This document shows positions 38,093-52,499 of a DNA stretch of 64,000 nt, one piece after another; position 1 is the stretch's first letter; the number at the start of each line of letters is the position of its first letter. The notes beneath the pieces are model-generated. The model did not search any database, was not told the DNA's origin, and saw only the letters and a list, made by a program, of their open reading frames with translations. The position numbers and the translations under genes were made by a program. The stretch is from Takakia lepidozioides (taxonomy: Eukaryota > Plantae > Bryophyta): NCBI GenBank assembly GCA_030704615.1, contig CM060731.1, forward strand, positions 19,530,001 through 19,594,000, read 5' to 3'.

Positions 38093-41000
38093 TCATCTTA
38101 TGATAATACGGAGCATGCCGGCTGTTGTCTCAGTAAATTGCAGATGTTCTTCTTCTGCCAAATAGCGCTGCACCGCAGTGGGTAACCTAGCGGGGGTGCG
38201 AGCCCCCTTTGTGTGGTGCCCTGTTCCCACACAAATAAACATCTGTTCCCGCTGGCGAGTGGTTCTTACCTTAGACCGCAAAGCTGCAATCTCACGCTTC
38301 AATCTAGGAATTGCCTCATTCACATGCAGGCCATGTAAATCCAGTAGCGAATGACCTGGCGAGGAGCTATTTTGTACATATGCACTTGAATTTCTGCAGC
38401 AAAAATGACAAGTAATTTAAAGCTGTTCTGCATAGCATGACCTTCCACGACACTCTTGCTTTCCTCTACACAGACAGATAATATCTTGTGAACTCAGATG
38501 CTCCAAACAGGTTCAAGTTGTCTGTAAGAAAACTCTACTAACCCATAACACAGTCATGTGTGTGCCACCAGTTCTTGGGATTTACATCTCTACACAAAAA
38601 TGACGAAACCAAGAAGGTGTATCGCACTCAACCGCCTTTCCTACTGCGACAGTCACCTTACCTTTGCCAAAAGATAGCCTCTCCAGCCTTACTGTGGGCA
38701 GCCTTCATCTGCTCATTATGCCACTGTCCCTTCGCACTTAACTCCTTGGCAAGTGCTTTGTTGCCTGTGAGATACGCCTGTCTTGCCTGTACATTAAGAT
38801 CCGATGTGTTTGTTTACAAAATGTTTTGGTGGTTCTCAGGGTCATAGTGAAAGTAAGGCCTTCAATTGGAAAGACTGCTACAGGATCCCTTCAGGAGTCC
38901 TAGGCCTGCAGCAAGTCTTTGCACACCACTATGGACCTCACTCTATTCTGCCTACATCATACTGTTCTTTGCAGATTCAGCCTAGACAACAGAAGCAGAG
39001 AGAATCCACTTTTTGTTAATTTGAAAAGATTCCACACTCCGGGCCAGCTACTCAACCATAGTGACAGGCTCCAACTTTACGAGAAAGACAGCAACCACAA
39101 AATTGCAATTTAAAACTTACTGGTGCTGATCATCAGTGAGAAGAGTCTGTCTACATAGCCAGCCAGACACCCTCACCTGCTCAAAGTAGGCATTGCGTAC
39201 ACGAGCATGGTCACGAGCTTCTTCTCGCATATCTGAGTACATGCTTGCTGCACCCACTAAACCTATTAGGAGTACAGAAACGTAGAAGACTACGAGTGTA
39301 TATTGCACTCACCATGAAGATTGGTAGCCTAGAAGTATGTTAATACAGCATGAAGTACATACATTACACAATACAGGAGGAAAGGCCCCAACTCGCCAAT
39401 GTGGTGGAGAACACAATGCAGCCCTAACTCAACGGCTTAGACCTAGAAACCACTTCACAATTCGTCAAGTTATTGGAACAAAACGAAAGTGATACATTTG
39501 TGTGGATCACGTTCAGATAGTGCAGTGATGGAATCATTTACCAATTCCCAGATTTCTCAAAATCATCATCTGTATATGTGCAATCCCTAAGTCGAGACCA
39601 TGGCTGTTGGCAGCTGATTTCGAAGCAGCCTCTGGGCAGCTCGTCTGATTTTGCATGTGAGCCTTCCAAAGGAAACCATGACAACGCACTTGAAATCGAA
39701 GGCCAGATTTTGATTTGAACTACATACACTTTGACCCTACATAAATGAAGTCAACAAGGAGTTCCAAGTTCATATTTAGTATAAGAGTGAAGCCACTGCG
39801 AGGAAGCTTACCAACAGAATCCCCAGTCTCAAGCCAAGTTGGTTGAGGCTGTTGATGCATCTCATGCCTATGAAGGTGATAAGAGTCCAGCCTTTCTCCA
39901 TGAGCAACCCTTGCATCTCGGGAGAAGCCACCCCCTCCCGAACCTTGTGAAAGACCTCGGACAGCTCCTACAGGGAGGTCAACCCCACCATTCCTCTCAT
40001 ATTGCAACTGTGAAGCCTGTTGTGCTGCTTGCTTTCTTACAACAGCAGCAAAGTCTGGCACCGATCTAGCCTCCCCATCAAGACTGTTGGCCCTGCTTGA
40101 AAGTGATGTCCCATTGACCGTTTCTAGGCTGGAGAGAGCAGGGAAATCCATTGGGGAAGGAGGAGCTGGTGATGAGGGTGCCTGGAACTGCTTCGACGGG
40201 CTTCCCTCGGCCTGAAGCTGCAAAGTTGTGAAAGATTTCCACCAAGTACAACACAAACAACTAGCTAGATGGTGGTTCAGTGCATTAAACAGACATTTAA
40301 TGTATCGTCCAACTTATCTGCAAAGGCCCTATGTGGATTGCTAAAAGAATAGAATATCCTGGTCCAAACAGCTGTTCCAAAAACCATGTGTTGCTTGAAG
40401 GCCAGTTGTGCTCCAAAGGCAATGACAATACAAACTTTCAGTGCTATCCCAGCATGCCAATAAGCCACCTTTGTGGGATAGCACAGAAGACACATCCCGT
40501 ACCATCCATAAAATTATGATCTTACAACTCCTTACTTTGTCAGAATCAAGCAAAATAAGCTACCTGTGGTACTCTGATCATGAATCACTTCCTTTCCAGT
40601 CAATCAGCCTATTCACCTAGACGGGTGTCAACAGCAGACCAACAAGGAGTGCCCACATAAGAAAGGATGGGTCTCCATTGGAAAGGCCTTGAGGTAGCAC
40701 ATGGCCTCTTAGGAAAACAGTGGGTTCTGGAGGTCACATCTTCAAATCTAAAAGGAAAAGGGAATTGGTAGAACATCAGTGGCAACATACCTCAAGCTCT
40801 GTGAGCATCTCCATTGTGAGGCTTAAATCACCACCATTTGCATAATAGATTTCAGCCAGACTCTCAGCAGCAAACCCGGGAAACTCAGCTGCGAGAAGGC
40901 TGACGGGATCAACCTCCCCAAGATCGTCTGCAAAAGACTGCTCTGGCCCCCAATCACTGAACAGGCTACCACTTTCATTGCTCTCAGCCCATGGTGCCTG

Positions 41001-41828
41001 CATCTCTCTGCTTGCTGAAAGGCGCTGGGCCAACCCAGGGCCTGAAGGTGTGGTACCTTCTTCTCGAAGCTGGCCAACACTGTACCTTGAACTACTTCGC
41101 GCAGGGGGGCTGTAAGAGGTGACTCTGAGAGCACTTTGCTGCACTCTCTCATCATAAATGAGTCGATCCCCTTGCACTGTGCCAGATATACCTCCACGAG
41201 CCCAGCCACTGCTCATACCAGCCCCACTGGATAGATCCACAGACGACTCCTCAAAATCTGCAACATTTTCTGAGAAATCTCGAAAGTCAAAATCTGACAT
41301 CAGATCATCTGGCAGCTGCGCACGGCAGAAGCGACGGTATTCGTCGTCGGACGCATTTGAGCTGTAAGAGTTGGTTCGATTCAAGTTTGGGGTAACTACG
41401 TCGACTTTCTCAGCTGGCTTGGTGGCCTCCAATACATTACAGATGACTGCACTGCTACCAGAAGTACGAGCCTTTGGGACATATTCTGCTGCATTAGGAT
41501 TCAACGTTGTCCGCCCTACAGTCGAACCAGAAGAACCTGAACTCATGCCAACAATGGTCGAGTTTAGCGGAGGAGCAGATGGCACACTAGTCTGATGTGC
41601 ACCGTGTGAAGCCTCATTTGCAGAACCGGTCATCTCTTCAGCTTCACCTAAGGCCGAGAGAGATGCTCCGGCACTGCCCTGAGAGGATGTAACAGATAAC
41701 ATCGACATGCTAGAAGTGAGTCCTTCCGATACTCCGGACTGCCCAACCCCACTACTTGATGAGCCCAGTCTGTAAGAACCTGTCGTAGCCCCCGAGGACT
41801 CCAGATACTCCCCTTTGTTGTTGTCCAT
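38093..41828 (-). CDS. CID7: Poly(A)-binding-protein-interacting protein 7-like (PAM2 + CUE-like + DUF1771 + Smr domain)
   Basis: Exons about 41828-40791, 40220-39811, 39249-39176, 38787-38663, 38394-38093. PAM2 TTLNPNAAEYVP, QLPDD, LAAEFPGFAAESLAEIYYAN, WLETG, MREEARDHARVRNAYFEQARQAY, Smr LDLHGLHVNEA..GTGHH. The start codon is uncertain because an acceptor lies near 41860. Confidence 0.88.
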
Positions 41829-43226
41829 ACCAACCGTCTGGTTGTCTGTCAATTGCCCTGCCTCATCAAAACAACAAATTCATTAGTTTGCAAGCCCTGA
41901 ATCCTCTTGCAAGCAAATAAACGAGATGGTAGAATATGCAAAGATGTTTTCATTTCACGGCTGTAACTGGAAAGCTTCGCCCACCAAACTTACAAGTAGC
42001 TTGATTCTTGAGATGCATGCTCCCTGCAAGGTGAGAGGTGTTAGGGACCAACTTTCTCAGTGCACCCACTCCAACAATTCTCCATGTGCAGAAAAACGAA
42101 ACTAGCACTGCAATGTTCAACAAATTCCTTCCCGTAACAAGAGACCCTAAAAACTCTTAGAGAAGACACCAGCAGAAAAAAACCAAAGCATGGATGGTCA
42201 ATACCTAAAGCCTTTTGAGAAAAGATCCTCCATTTCCAAATTTGACACATTTTGTGAGCTTTGTTCACTGTGTAAGGATTGAGCCAAGTAATATGGGAAG
42301 ACGAAAATAGATTTCGAAAAGGTGTACTCAAAGAGACACACGCTTACATGTTCTGCTCTTGTACATCTGACGACATATGAAGAGCTTGCAAATTCCAACT
42401 GCATCCAGCATCTATAGCCCAAACCCATCTCGCACAGGCGCTTCTGGACCATAAACATCTCCTGCAGAGGATGCAATTGCACCTCCAGCCGGCTGATCAA
42501 GCCTCGGCCAAAACAGGGCACAGACACACGAAGGCCCACTGCAGTCGCACTGTGAGGCCCTGATAAATCGGCCTCCGCAAATTCACAGGTGTTCCTATTG
42601 GCCCCGGCCGACAGCGCTTTGCGTCCATCGGGGAATGTGACGAACCCGAGAGTATTTTTCGTCCATCCCGGGGAAGTGACGAACGTGTGTGCCTCAGTCC
42701 CAAGTCCACCGTCTGTGGCAACTGGCTCTTCTCCCCTTCATCTGTGCACAGCAGATACGTGGAATCCTCAAGCTGCACACGCGGGTGGGTTTGGGTCACG
42801 CTCGTTTCTTTCTGTATGGGTAAAGAATGTCCATGAATCTTGGTGCCTCCATTGGGTTCCAGTGCAAAATCGCCTGCAAGATTTTGCAAGATGGAGCATC
42901 GAAGTCACTGGGGATGCGTTGCGGAGGTGAGATTACGTGAAGGCATAGGTTTGGTTAACAAATTTCGAGCTCCCAGCAGCGATAAGAACTTCAACGGAAG
43001 CAAATTGTCCCTTAGAATAGCGAGCTTGGTACACTTATTGAGGGGATCGCAGAGAGCAGGTGAGCTTGCAAGGGACGAGAAATCAAGGTGTTCGGGAGCC
43101 CAATTATCAACAGACAATTGTGACTCTCAGTTGCCTTCAACGAATTTTTTCGGTCAGTTGAGACCTTCAGGCATCTTCCTCTGTTCGGCAAGTGGGTGTG
43201 ATTTTGGGGGTGGGAGAGTCAGGGTG

Positions 43227-46200
43227 ATGGGTCTCCATTCCAATGATTCAGTACCCGCACACGCAAGCCCCCCTTCAAACAGCTTCAAATCTGAGTCTGG
43301 TCAAATCAATGAAACAGGTGAGGGTGGAATCCAGCCAGCTAGTGCAGGATTAGGCCTGGAGGTGAGGTAGTCAATTATGGAAATTCTGGGCAAGATTCTT
43401 CGAAGTGAGCTACTTTAGTAGTGTGGAGTGCCTGGTGGCAATTGTAGGCAGACTTTTGTGTCAAACTCCGCTGCAAGACATGTAATTCCAGGAGGGAATG
43501 CATGGAGTTGTTGCTTCTAAATTTTCAAGCAGAGAGTACTCATCCAATGTTTTCGAATGTTTTGGCAGTGACGCAACAGTAGCGACATGCATCACCTTTC
43601 TGTAAGTCTTATGAGGAGAGTTTTTGACGCATGTCATATGTATGCATTTTATCACAGGAGAGGAAGCATGTCCTGACCTGTCTACACTTCATAATCTCTC
43701 CACATCTGAGGCAAATAAGGCGAGTAACGTCTCAGGGGCTAGTTGCATCCAAAAATCTTGTAAAGTAGCTGTCATCGGTGCGGGAGCCGCTGGTCTGGTG
43801 GCCGCCAGGGAACTTATTCGCGAGGGCCACAGGGTAACAGTCTACGAGCAAGCAACTTCTGTCGGAGGGGTGTGGGTATATGACCCAAATGTTGAGAGTG
43901 ACTTACTAGGAGTCAGTCCAAGTCGCTCGCGCGTTCATTCGAGTATGTACGCGTCCTTGCGGACCAATCTGCCCCGAGAAATCATGGGCTTTACAGATTT
44001 CCCATTTCTACCTCGAGATGGGAGGGACCGGCGGCGCTTTCCAGGACACAAGGAGGTGGCTCTCTATTTACAAGATTTTACTGAGGAGTATGGTATTGCA
44101 CAATTCATCGAGTTTGGTGTGGTGGTTGAGTATGCGGGTATGCACAAAGAAGGTGGCATCATAAAGTTCTGGAAAGTAAGAACCAGGAGATTGGATGAAA
44201 GCGAGGGGGTGAAAGAGGAGATGTTTGATGCAGTGGTAGTCTGCAATGGTCACTATTCGGAACCTAAAATTGCACACATTGCTGGTATTCTTTGCCCCTT
44301 CGGACTCTTGAAGGTGAACATGTGGATCATTTATCCTTTGAGGCCAGTTTTGAAAGACAGTGGTCAAACATACGTCCCTTAGGCATACAGTTTCAGAAAA
44401 TAGCAGGAAGGTGTCCATTAAGAGTGCCCACACGACCCACTCTTCTCTCATGACTGCACTGAAGGGAAGAATCATTTGCAGCTGACTGGAGTTTTAAGTT
44501 TAAGGGGATGGTATTCTTGCAATGTTGCAAAAAGAGAGCTGTTGCACTTGTTCTAGTCAAATGGGATAACATCTGGTGGTGCAGGTATAGACATGTGGCC
44601 AGGAAAGCAGATGCACAGCCATAACTACCGCTGTCCGCAGCCTTTTACAGATAAGGTGTGGGAAAATGGCAAACTGGACATAGCAATATCTCTTCTTTTG
44701 CATTTGATTAGAGCAGACAGGCTTGTCAAGCATAGGTGTGTTATTCTTTTAAGCTTGCTTGGTGAGCATGATAAGAATGAAGCATGAAAGGGATTATGAC
44801 TGTAACATGTCGCTATTGAGAAGAACTGTAGAGGTGTGATACTGGGATGGAAATATAATGGGAGGTTGCAACCCATATCAGACCGTGGTGGTGATAGGGA
44901 ACTCGGCCAGCGGTGCGGACATCTCCAAGGAGATAGGAGAAGTTGCCAAGGAGGTCCATGTGAGTGGGCGCACATGGGGCTCTTCAGTTGACTTTTTGAA
45001 ACCTGTGGGTCGCCACCAAAACATCTGGCAGCATTCTACAGTTGCTCACCTTCCCTCAACTTAGTGTTATGTGTCTGCTGGTCCATCAGTTGAATACCAT
45101 TTTGTCATCAGTGTAATAGATTGGAAGCAGAAATGAATCAGCCTCCGATGAGGATGTGAAGGAACAATGGTACTTTGCAGATCTTTTACTTGCTAAGAAT
45201 ATGGCTGTGATGAAAACACCTGAATAAGCTGGACATTGCCATGGGTTACTCACAGTTTGGAAGGGAATTAGCCAAATGTTGGAGTTGATGAGATTCCAGA
45301 GTTTATTACCACTTTAACTCAGTTGTAGAGGATTGTGCTGTGATGGACTATTGGGAAGTGAAATGGATGGAAAATGTAGGTGGAATGTGCACTTGAGGAT
45401 GGGACTGTGAAGTTCACAGATGGTGCTTCAACTGTGGCGGACGTCATATTGCACTGCACTGGGTGAGATTCTTAATCTGTTTTCTGACTGGGGGAGCTAG
45501 GCCCACCTTATGTCTGGCATTTCATTTTAGCACCCCGGCCTATATTATCATACTCTCTGCTTGTAGCTGCCGTTTGCTAGATTTCCTTGCTGTTTGAGTG
45601 GCTAGCAGAGTTTTTCAATACTTCCTTTGCAAGAGTAAGAAAGAACAAAGAAAGAAACACACTTTACTCACAAAAGCTATCATTTTACATCTCTGTCAAG
45701 GGGATCGTTAACCTTCAACAATATGACAAACATTTTGTTTAAGATGATGAAGTGATGGGTTTGATATAGATTTCGGACTAAAGATGAAGGTCAAACAGAA
45801 GCTGTGCCCTGACAGTCATATCAGGAGACTGAACCTTATATTTTCTGATTGGTTGCAGGTACTTTTATTCCTTTCCATTTTTGGATACAGAGGGCATCGT
45901 GACAGAGGATGACAATTGTGTAGGCCCCTTATACAAGCATGTTTTCCCTCCGATTTTGGCTCCATCACTCTCTTTCGTGGGTCTTCCTTTTAAGGTGGGA
46001 GTTTCTTAAGATGTAATGTGGTACTTTGCTCCTCCCCTGTCTGGAATAGTTGGACTGTGGGAGGGGGTGTTTGTGTGCAGTAGACAGTGGAGAAGCTTTC
46101 TTTCAGTTAGTGTAAGGGGTGAACTGTGAGGTATGACATTGCCCTGAACACTGTTCAAGGGCAAAGGACAATGGCAATGTTTTACAGTATTGCTGATTGT

Positions 46201-46904
46201 GCATTGCTAGGAAACATAAGCTTTTTAATGGGTGGCATTGCAGGTCGTGCCGTTCCAATTGTGTGAGCTCCAATCACGGTGGATAGCTAGGGTGCTCTCA
46301 GGCAAAGTGCAATTGCTATCATCAAGTGAAATGATGAAAGAAGTTGGGGGGTTCTATGTGCAGCTTCAAGCTTCTGGCAAGCCCAAGTGTTTCACACATA
46401 ATTTGGCAACCTTTCAGGTTGGTTTGCCTCTCTCATCTGCACAATTGTTCTCTCCTTCCTTTCAGGAATGACTATTGCAGAAAAGAAATTTGAAAGCTGT
46501 CTGTTTCCTGACAATGCACCAAGTATGGCCAGCAGTCCATGTACTATGCTTTTATGCTCATGTGTATCCGTACCAGTGGTGTTCTAGAGGTAAGTTTTTG
46601 GTGGTTCCACTGGTACTGGAAATCACTGGGCTGTCTAATCATGCATGTTGTATGTTGGTAAGAGCAACAGCTAGAACCTTACAGGTGATTTGTACATGCA
46701 TGGATGTTGATGCAGTATGAATATGATAACTGGCTCGCGGATCAGAGTGGAAGTGACCATGTGGAGACTTGGAGGAAAGAAATCTATGTTACAACTTCTA
46801 AGAACAAACGCGAAAACCCAACTACTTATCGAGATGTGTGGCCAGACGAAGAGTTCCACAAGGCAGCTATGTTATGTCTGTTGAATCAGCAGATGATGAG
46901 GTGA
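43227..46904 (+). CDS. Flavin-containing monooxygenase, FMO GS-OX-like
   Basis: Exons about 43227-43317, 43659-44284, 44585-44656, 44882-45040, 45380-45462, 45859-45994, 46244-46417, 46716-46904, with GT-AG borders. FAD GAGAAG, SSMYASLRTNLPRE, FMO-identifying WPGKQMHSHNYR, NADPH GNSASG, HCTGY. An alternative in-frame ATG lies at 42891. Confidence 0.92.
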
Positions 46905-47263
46905 CTTCAATCACCCAATTATCATCTTGGCTTGTATCTTACTTCTCTTAGATTAAGCCCTCAACAATTGTTGTAGGGATAGTCACTTTTGACCCTTCAA
47001 TCACCTAGTGCACTTGTTGACTTTTGTGAAAAATGATCAGTGGTGAAAAAATATGTTAAATCTGAAAAAAAGGAACATTTCAATGCATATAACAAGGGGA
47101 AAACAATAAGAATAATGTAAGAACTGACAATACTTCCATCGGTTTCCACAGCAGTGGTTCGGCAAGCCCCATGTCAAATCCTTCCCAACCCCTCTTACCT
47201 CGGATTCACTATTAAGATTTTCGAATGCTGGTTGTTGTGTAGCAGCGAGTAATCCGCTGGCAA

Positions 47264-47291
47264 GGTGATGGTGATGGTGATGGTGATGGTC
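47264..47291. repeat. (TGGTGA)n hexamer microsatellite
   Basis: GGTGATGGTGATGGTGATGGTGATGGT. Confidence 0.85.
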
Positions 47292-48019
47292 ACAATGAGG
47301 TGCAGGGTCCGATTCTTGCTGGAGTACTATGTCACCCAGTCTAGTGTCACTTCCTCTTTGTATTTCATACTTGGTCAAATTCCGTGCCACCAAGTGGGAG
47401 TTACACCGATTGGAGTGACACTCTCTTCCATGTAACTCCGGTGTCCAATGTCCCTCCGGTGTCACACCAACTACTAGTGTCATTTTGGTGATGTCACCTG
47501 TTCCAGGTCACTCCAGTGTTTGGTGTCACTCTTGAGTGTGGGTGGGGAAGATATGACATGCAAAAAACCGGCGTACCGTGTTGTCAAAGATTGCCCACTT
47601 GCATTAGCTATTACAAGACCACCCACCCCTCCACATACTCCCCAAAACTGGAGCAGATCAAGTCAAATTCCATAAAACCCCCGGCATGAAGGGTTCCGGA
47701 ATGAGTTTATCATTGATCAAAAATCCAAATGTAGTGACATCCCCAAGCCGAGTATCCCTATGGATTACGACATTATGCCTCAAGCAATTATGGATTATAG
47801 CCCTCAGCCTGGGGCATTTGCGTATTCTGGACATGGGCCGGGGGGGAATTTTGGCTTTGCTTTACAACAGGTAAAGTTCGTCCGTGAGGACTTCCCTGGA
47901 CTTTTTATTAGTATTTTTTATTTATTTTTAAGAGAAAGGGGACGGAGCCCTTTTAATCAAATTAGAATAGAGGAAAAATAACCTCGTGGGGGCCATCAGA
48001 CAGACCAATCGTGGGAAAC

Positions 48020-48290
48020 CTCCCAGAGCACCACCATGTGTAGCTAAGAAAACCGGTCATGGTTACTGAAAGAATCAGCAGCTTAAAAACCAGGCCTAAG
48101 AACAATCCACAAGGCATAAATCTAAGAGCATAAGGTTCTACCATCTATGCCAGGGTTGATACAGAGCCACACTGGGGAGCTATAAGACGAGTCATGGTTA
48201 GCTGAAGGAATCAGCCACTTGAAACCAGACCTAAGAGCTAACCACTAAGGCATAAATCTAGGAAGAGAAGTCCACCATCTATGCCAAAAG
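48020..48290. repeat. Degenerate tandem duplication, unit about 135-140 bp
   Basis: CAGAGC..C...GTCATGGTTA.CTGAA.GAATCAGC..CTT.AAACCAG.CCTAAGA...AAGGCATAAATCTA...CCATCTATGCCA occurs twice. Confidence 0.8.
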
Positions 48291-50369
48291 TAAACTGCGA
48301 GCCTGCAGAACAACACAACAAGGGGAGGACAGAACAGATCAGGACCGAAGCCTAGCATTTGGATCTGAGGGCTTCGAAATTAAGGTGAGCCTTAATCTTT
48401 GAGTTCATGTTCTTCATGTGTTTCCAATTAATGTCCTCCTTAAAATCCAGTGGAGAGGGTCACGGGCTAGATGGGCTTCCATCGGTCGAGGAGTGGAGGG
48501 TGGAAAGTGCATTGGTCCCCATCTCTGGTGCATATGATGTCTCGCCAGCCCCACGAAGCATCGAACTCTTGAAGCAACTTGTCCCGTTTCGCTTGAGTAC
48601 ATCTGCCCACCACGCAAGTTCCTCGAAGTTCAAGAATTTACGATTGATCTCTGTAGGTTGGAGCTATGTTCAAAATGGAAATCCAAAGCTTTGTCAACGT
48701 GCTCTCTCAACCTCATAAAACTGATATAAATCTTCAAACACTCTACTCTCAAACTTGTCAAACCACACAACATCACTCGGATCCAATTGGAGCAATTTTT
48801 CCTCAATTACGATAGCCTCTTCAATCTGCTCTTCCTCAGTACCTAACTCCTTAAGCCAGTAAAATTGTGTAGGTTCTTCATGGTGATCGTAGTCATACTT
48901 GTCAGTGTCACCACTTAAGATGGTGCTAAAACTCACCAAACCTGCAGTGCTAGCAAAGTGAACTAGCTCGTCTTTGAACATACATAAAGCTTAGTATTCG
49001 GAAGGTGTCACGGAAGGTGCTCGCTCGACAAGTGCCGAACCTACCCGATCAGCAAAACCAGCATGATCAGCATGAAGATCCAACACAACGTTTGACCCGC
49101 CTTCTAATGCACTATTGGAAAAGGGAAGGGGGGGCCACGCCCCACGCCACAACAACGTCCTGGTCACCTCCCCCTAAAAACATCCATTTATGACACCAAG
49201 CCGAATATACGACGAACGTCCGGTTTACGTCTCTAGGGCGTTGCTCCTGGTTGGGTAGTGTATAATGTGATGGTTGGTATAATAAATGACAACGAGTTTT
49301 TGGTTCAAACTAATGTTGGGAAGTAAAAAATTACATCTTTGTCAGATCCGACATCCAACATGCCACAAGGTTGTCTTCCAATGTGGTGGGTTCAAAGCCA
49401 AAGCCACATAATTGTATGTGGGATGTCATCCATTATGGCTAACTAGCTATGAAATGGGATACTTGAGTTAACCACCTACTTAATGTGTGTACATCCCAAA
49501 CTTTTGATTTCTTGGGGTTGGGCAACCACATTGCCTCGATTATAGCATACAAAACATATATTGTTATTTATTATTATTATTTAATCAATTCAAATAATTA
49601 TAAAACTAATAAATTGAGATCAAAAATCAATATAGACCAGTGCATTAAAAAACCCTATAGATCATAAAAAAAATGTAGTGGACAATGGACCATGACAAAA
49701 TGTCATTTTGCCATACAGTGATTTGCATTGTGAGAACCATTGGATTTTATTTTTTTTAAATTGAAATTTTCTTTTAAACTTTAAATTTCGAATTTATGAA
49801 TTTTTATGATATCCGGTCAATTTCTGAAAAACATTCCAAGTCATAAACAGGTTTGCACAAATGTTACACCCAAACGTGAACAGGTCTTGAAATGGACCCC
49901 ATATTCAGGTCCGGATACATAACATACCCTGGTCTGCCCCTTGCAAGATACCCTGACCCAGCCCTACTGGCCGGGTATTTAATCTTAGGGTTACTTTCCA
50001 TGTGACCAGTTCTCACGTTCTGTTGATGTCACACGAAGGGAGAATGGGTCCAGGCACCCAATTCCATACACTTCCATGGACATCGATGCCCATGCAGGGC
50101 CTGGCCGGGTCCCGTGCAGCGGAGCCCTCACCAAAAGTGAGGCGTTGGGCGTACGGTCCCGTTCTCTATCGATGACTTAGTAGCCCGTATTTTTCATGCC
50201 ATGACTTGCTAAACATGTTACCCTCCTCGACACATTCCGCATCAAATGTGCACGCAGAGTCTTCTGCCGCCACAGTTTTTTTTTACGAGTTTTGAAGAAT
50301 AGCGCGTAGCAACAATGCAAGCTCTTCTTGAAGAGAGTTTCGGACAAGAACCAGAGGATGTGTATTCTC

Positions 50370-51230
50370 ATTTAGATAACTCAAGCACAGTTTTGGTGCC
50401 CAACAAAGTAATATTCCCGGTCGCACTTACAAAAAGGGTCCATGGACCGTGAATGAGGTCATGGTCTTGCAAGCAGCAAAACGTACAAATTGGGTGAAGC
50501 ATGGTCCTGGATCTGGATCGAAGACATTGCATCATACTGCAACACAAAGATGGTCCGTTGTGGAAGATGCATGCATCAAGCACAATGTCAATCGAAGTGC
50601 ACAACAGTGTCAAGACAAATGGGAAAGCCTCTCTGCAGATCTTCGGAAGATATGAGATTATGAAAGAAGAATTGCAAGTGGACAAAAATCTTATTTTCAG
50701 ATGACTCCCCAAGAGAATAAAGATGCAAAACTCCCAAAAGTCATAATGCAACTGGAGGTCTTCAATGCTTTGGGCGACTGGTATGTCAAAGGATCCAAAG
50801 CTCTTGGACCAGGTGATGGGCCTATCGATACTTCCACCATGCCCAGACCATGTAAAAACTCATCATACATACAACATTTGCGTTTGGATTTATACAGGTA
50901 CTTGTTTGAATTCAATCTAATTCTTGTTGGCATAATAGGTGGGGACTCTTCATCCGACGATGGTGGTGATAAGTCTGACAACCCAACCACTGCAAAACGA
51001 CGAAGAGTTTCTCCGAAAGTGGTGGCATGCAGGACTTGACAAACATGTTGGAGACGAACAGAGAAAAATCAAGAACATGAAAATGTGCGCCACCGAGAAT
51101 CATTGGAACTTGAAAGAGAACGGATACAAGCAACCAAAGATATTGGAGCTGGATACATTGTAGCCCTAATGAACATTGGTGAAGGGTTGAAGAGTATTGG
51201 CACCTCAATGACTCGACAAGGGCCAAATTG
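50370..51230 (+). pseudogene. Myb/SANT-like (trihelix) ORF remnant, probably the PIF/Harbinger accessory gene
   Basis: E...L..AK...RWSVVEDAC....RSAQQCQDKWESLSADLRKI..YE, followed by frameshifted low-complexity and coiled-coil pieces; no introns seen. Confidence 0.6.
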
Positions 51231-51379
51231 ACAACAGGTTTGCTAGTGGACTCATTTCGATTATAATTTGTCTTCTGAAGTTGGTACCAGGGGTCACTTG
51301 TCAGGGTCACTTGCCCCTACACAATAAACCGAATACGTTTTGTCAATTGACTCTACATTTTGTCAATTGATTATCATAG

Positions 51380-51990
51380 TAGATGATGTGCTACCTTTGT
51401 GAGTATGAAATTTGCAGTTATTTTACTTGATCTTGTGCAATGCGCCTTCATTATAATTTCTATAGCATTGGCATAGTATACCGCACTACCTCCATATTAC
51501 ATTATATAGTGTGCCTTGATGGTGTATAGTGCTCATCATGGTACATGTATGGATAATTCCCCAATATGCTGGAGATTGTGCCCTCTTTATGACTCATAAG
51601 TGTGTGAAAGTTGGGCCCCTGGTATATGCTTTGCAAAATAGGTACAGTACATGTACATTGCTCTTTTGATGAGGTGCATATATAAACTTGCAGGTACTAT
51701 ACTTGATCTTGTACAATGGGCCTTCATTATAATTTCTATAGTACAATCTTCATTGGCATAGTATACTACACTGCCTTCATATAATGTGCCTTGATGGTAT
51801 ATAGTGTTCATCATGGTGCATGTGTGGATAATTCCCCAATATGCTGGAGATGCCCTCCTTATGACTCAGGAGTGTGTGAAATTTGTGATCCCTGGCATAG
51901 GCTTTGCAAAATAGGTATTATACTTTCCCTTGTAGTGTGTCTTTATTATAATCTCTATAGTACTATCTTAATGTCATAGTATAGTACAGT
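51380..51990. repeat. Tandem duplication of a unit of about 275 bp (2 copies plus a partial third)
   Basis: TACTTGATCTTGT.CAATG.GCCTTCATTATAATTTCTATAG...GGATAATTCCCCAATATGCTGGAGAT...GCTTTGCAAAATAGGTA repeats at about 51425 and 51700. Confidence 0.85.
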
Positions 51991-52499
51991 GCAAAAATGA
52001 TCTGGGCCCACCACCTCACTTTTGTATTTATAAGGGTCAGGTAAAACACCTTCCACAATGGGAGCTCATGCTAAAGACACTCTCGAGATTGTTTTGCCCA
52101 TTTGCATCCGTCGTCAGCCCTGCATGTACACTTTCAAGAGTATGCCCCCTTCGTCAGACCAGCACGTACATTCTCAAGGGACTGATGCACTTGCAAATAC
52201 ACTACATATTTATCTCAAAAGTGGGGAAGTTAGGTACATGTACTTTGGAGGTACATCAATTCATTTATCATATTTTGTTGTATGGGTTCAAATCATGATA
52301 TAGGTTTGGGATCCATTTTGCCTTCTTTTCCGGTTCAGTAGAAGGCTACTAGTGCACCCCAACCCCAGTCCATTCATGTAAGTACTTCAGAGGCGGATTT
52401 TGACAATGCGCCATTAGATCAACATATATGCGCATCTTCAAGCACATGTCTGAGCGGAGAGAGAGAAAGTGAGGTGGCGTAGGATAGGAAACTGACCGA

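Noticed and set aside
47037-47483. Poly-His protein
   Set aside because: The His run comes from a hexamer microsatellite, the ORF has no domain, and it lies in the FMO 3' flank.
48330-49190. Acidic ORF 48694-48981 as a gene or LINE remnant
   Set aside because: No recognisable motif or gene structure.
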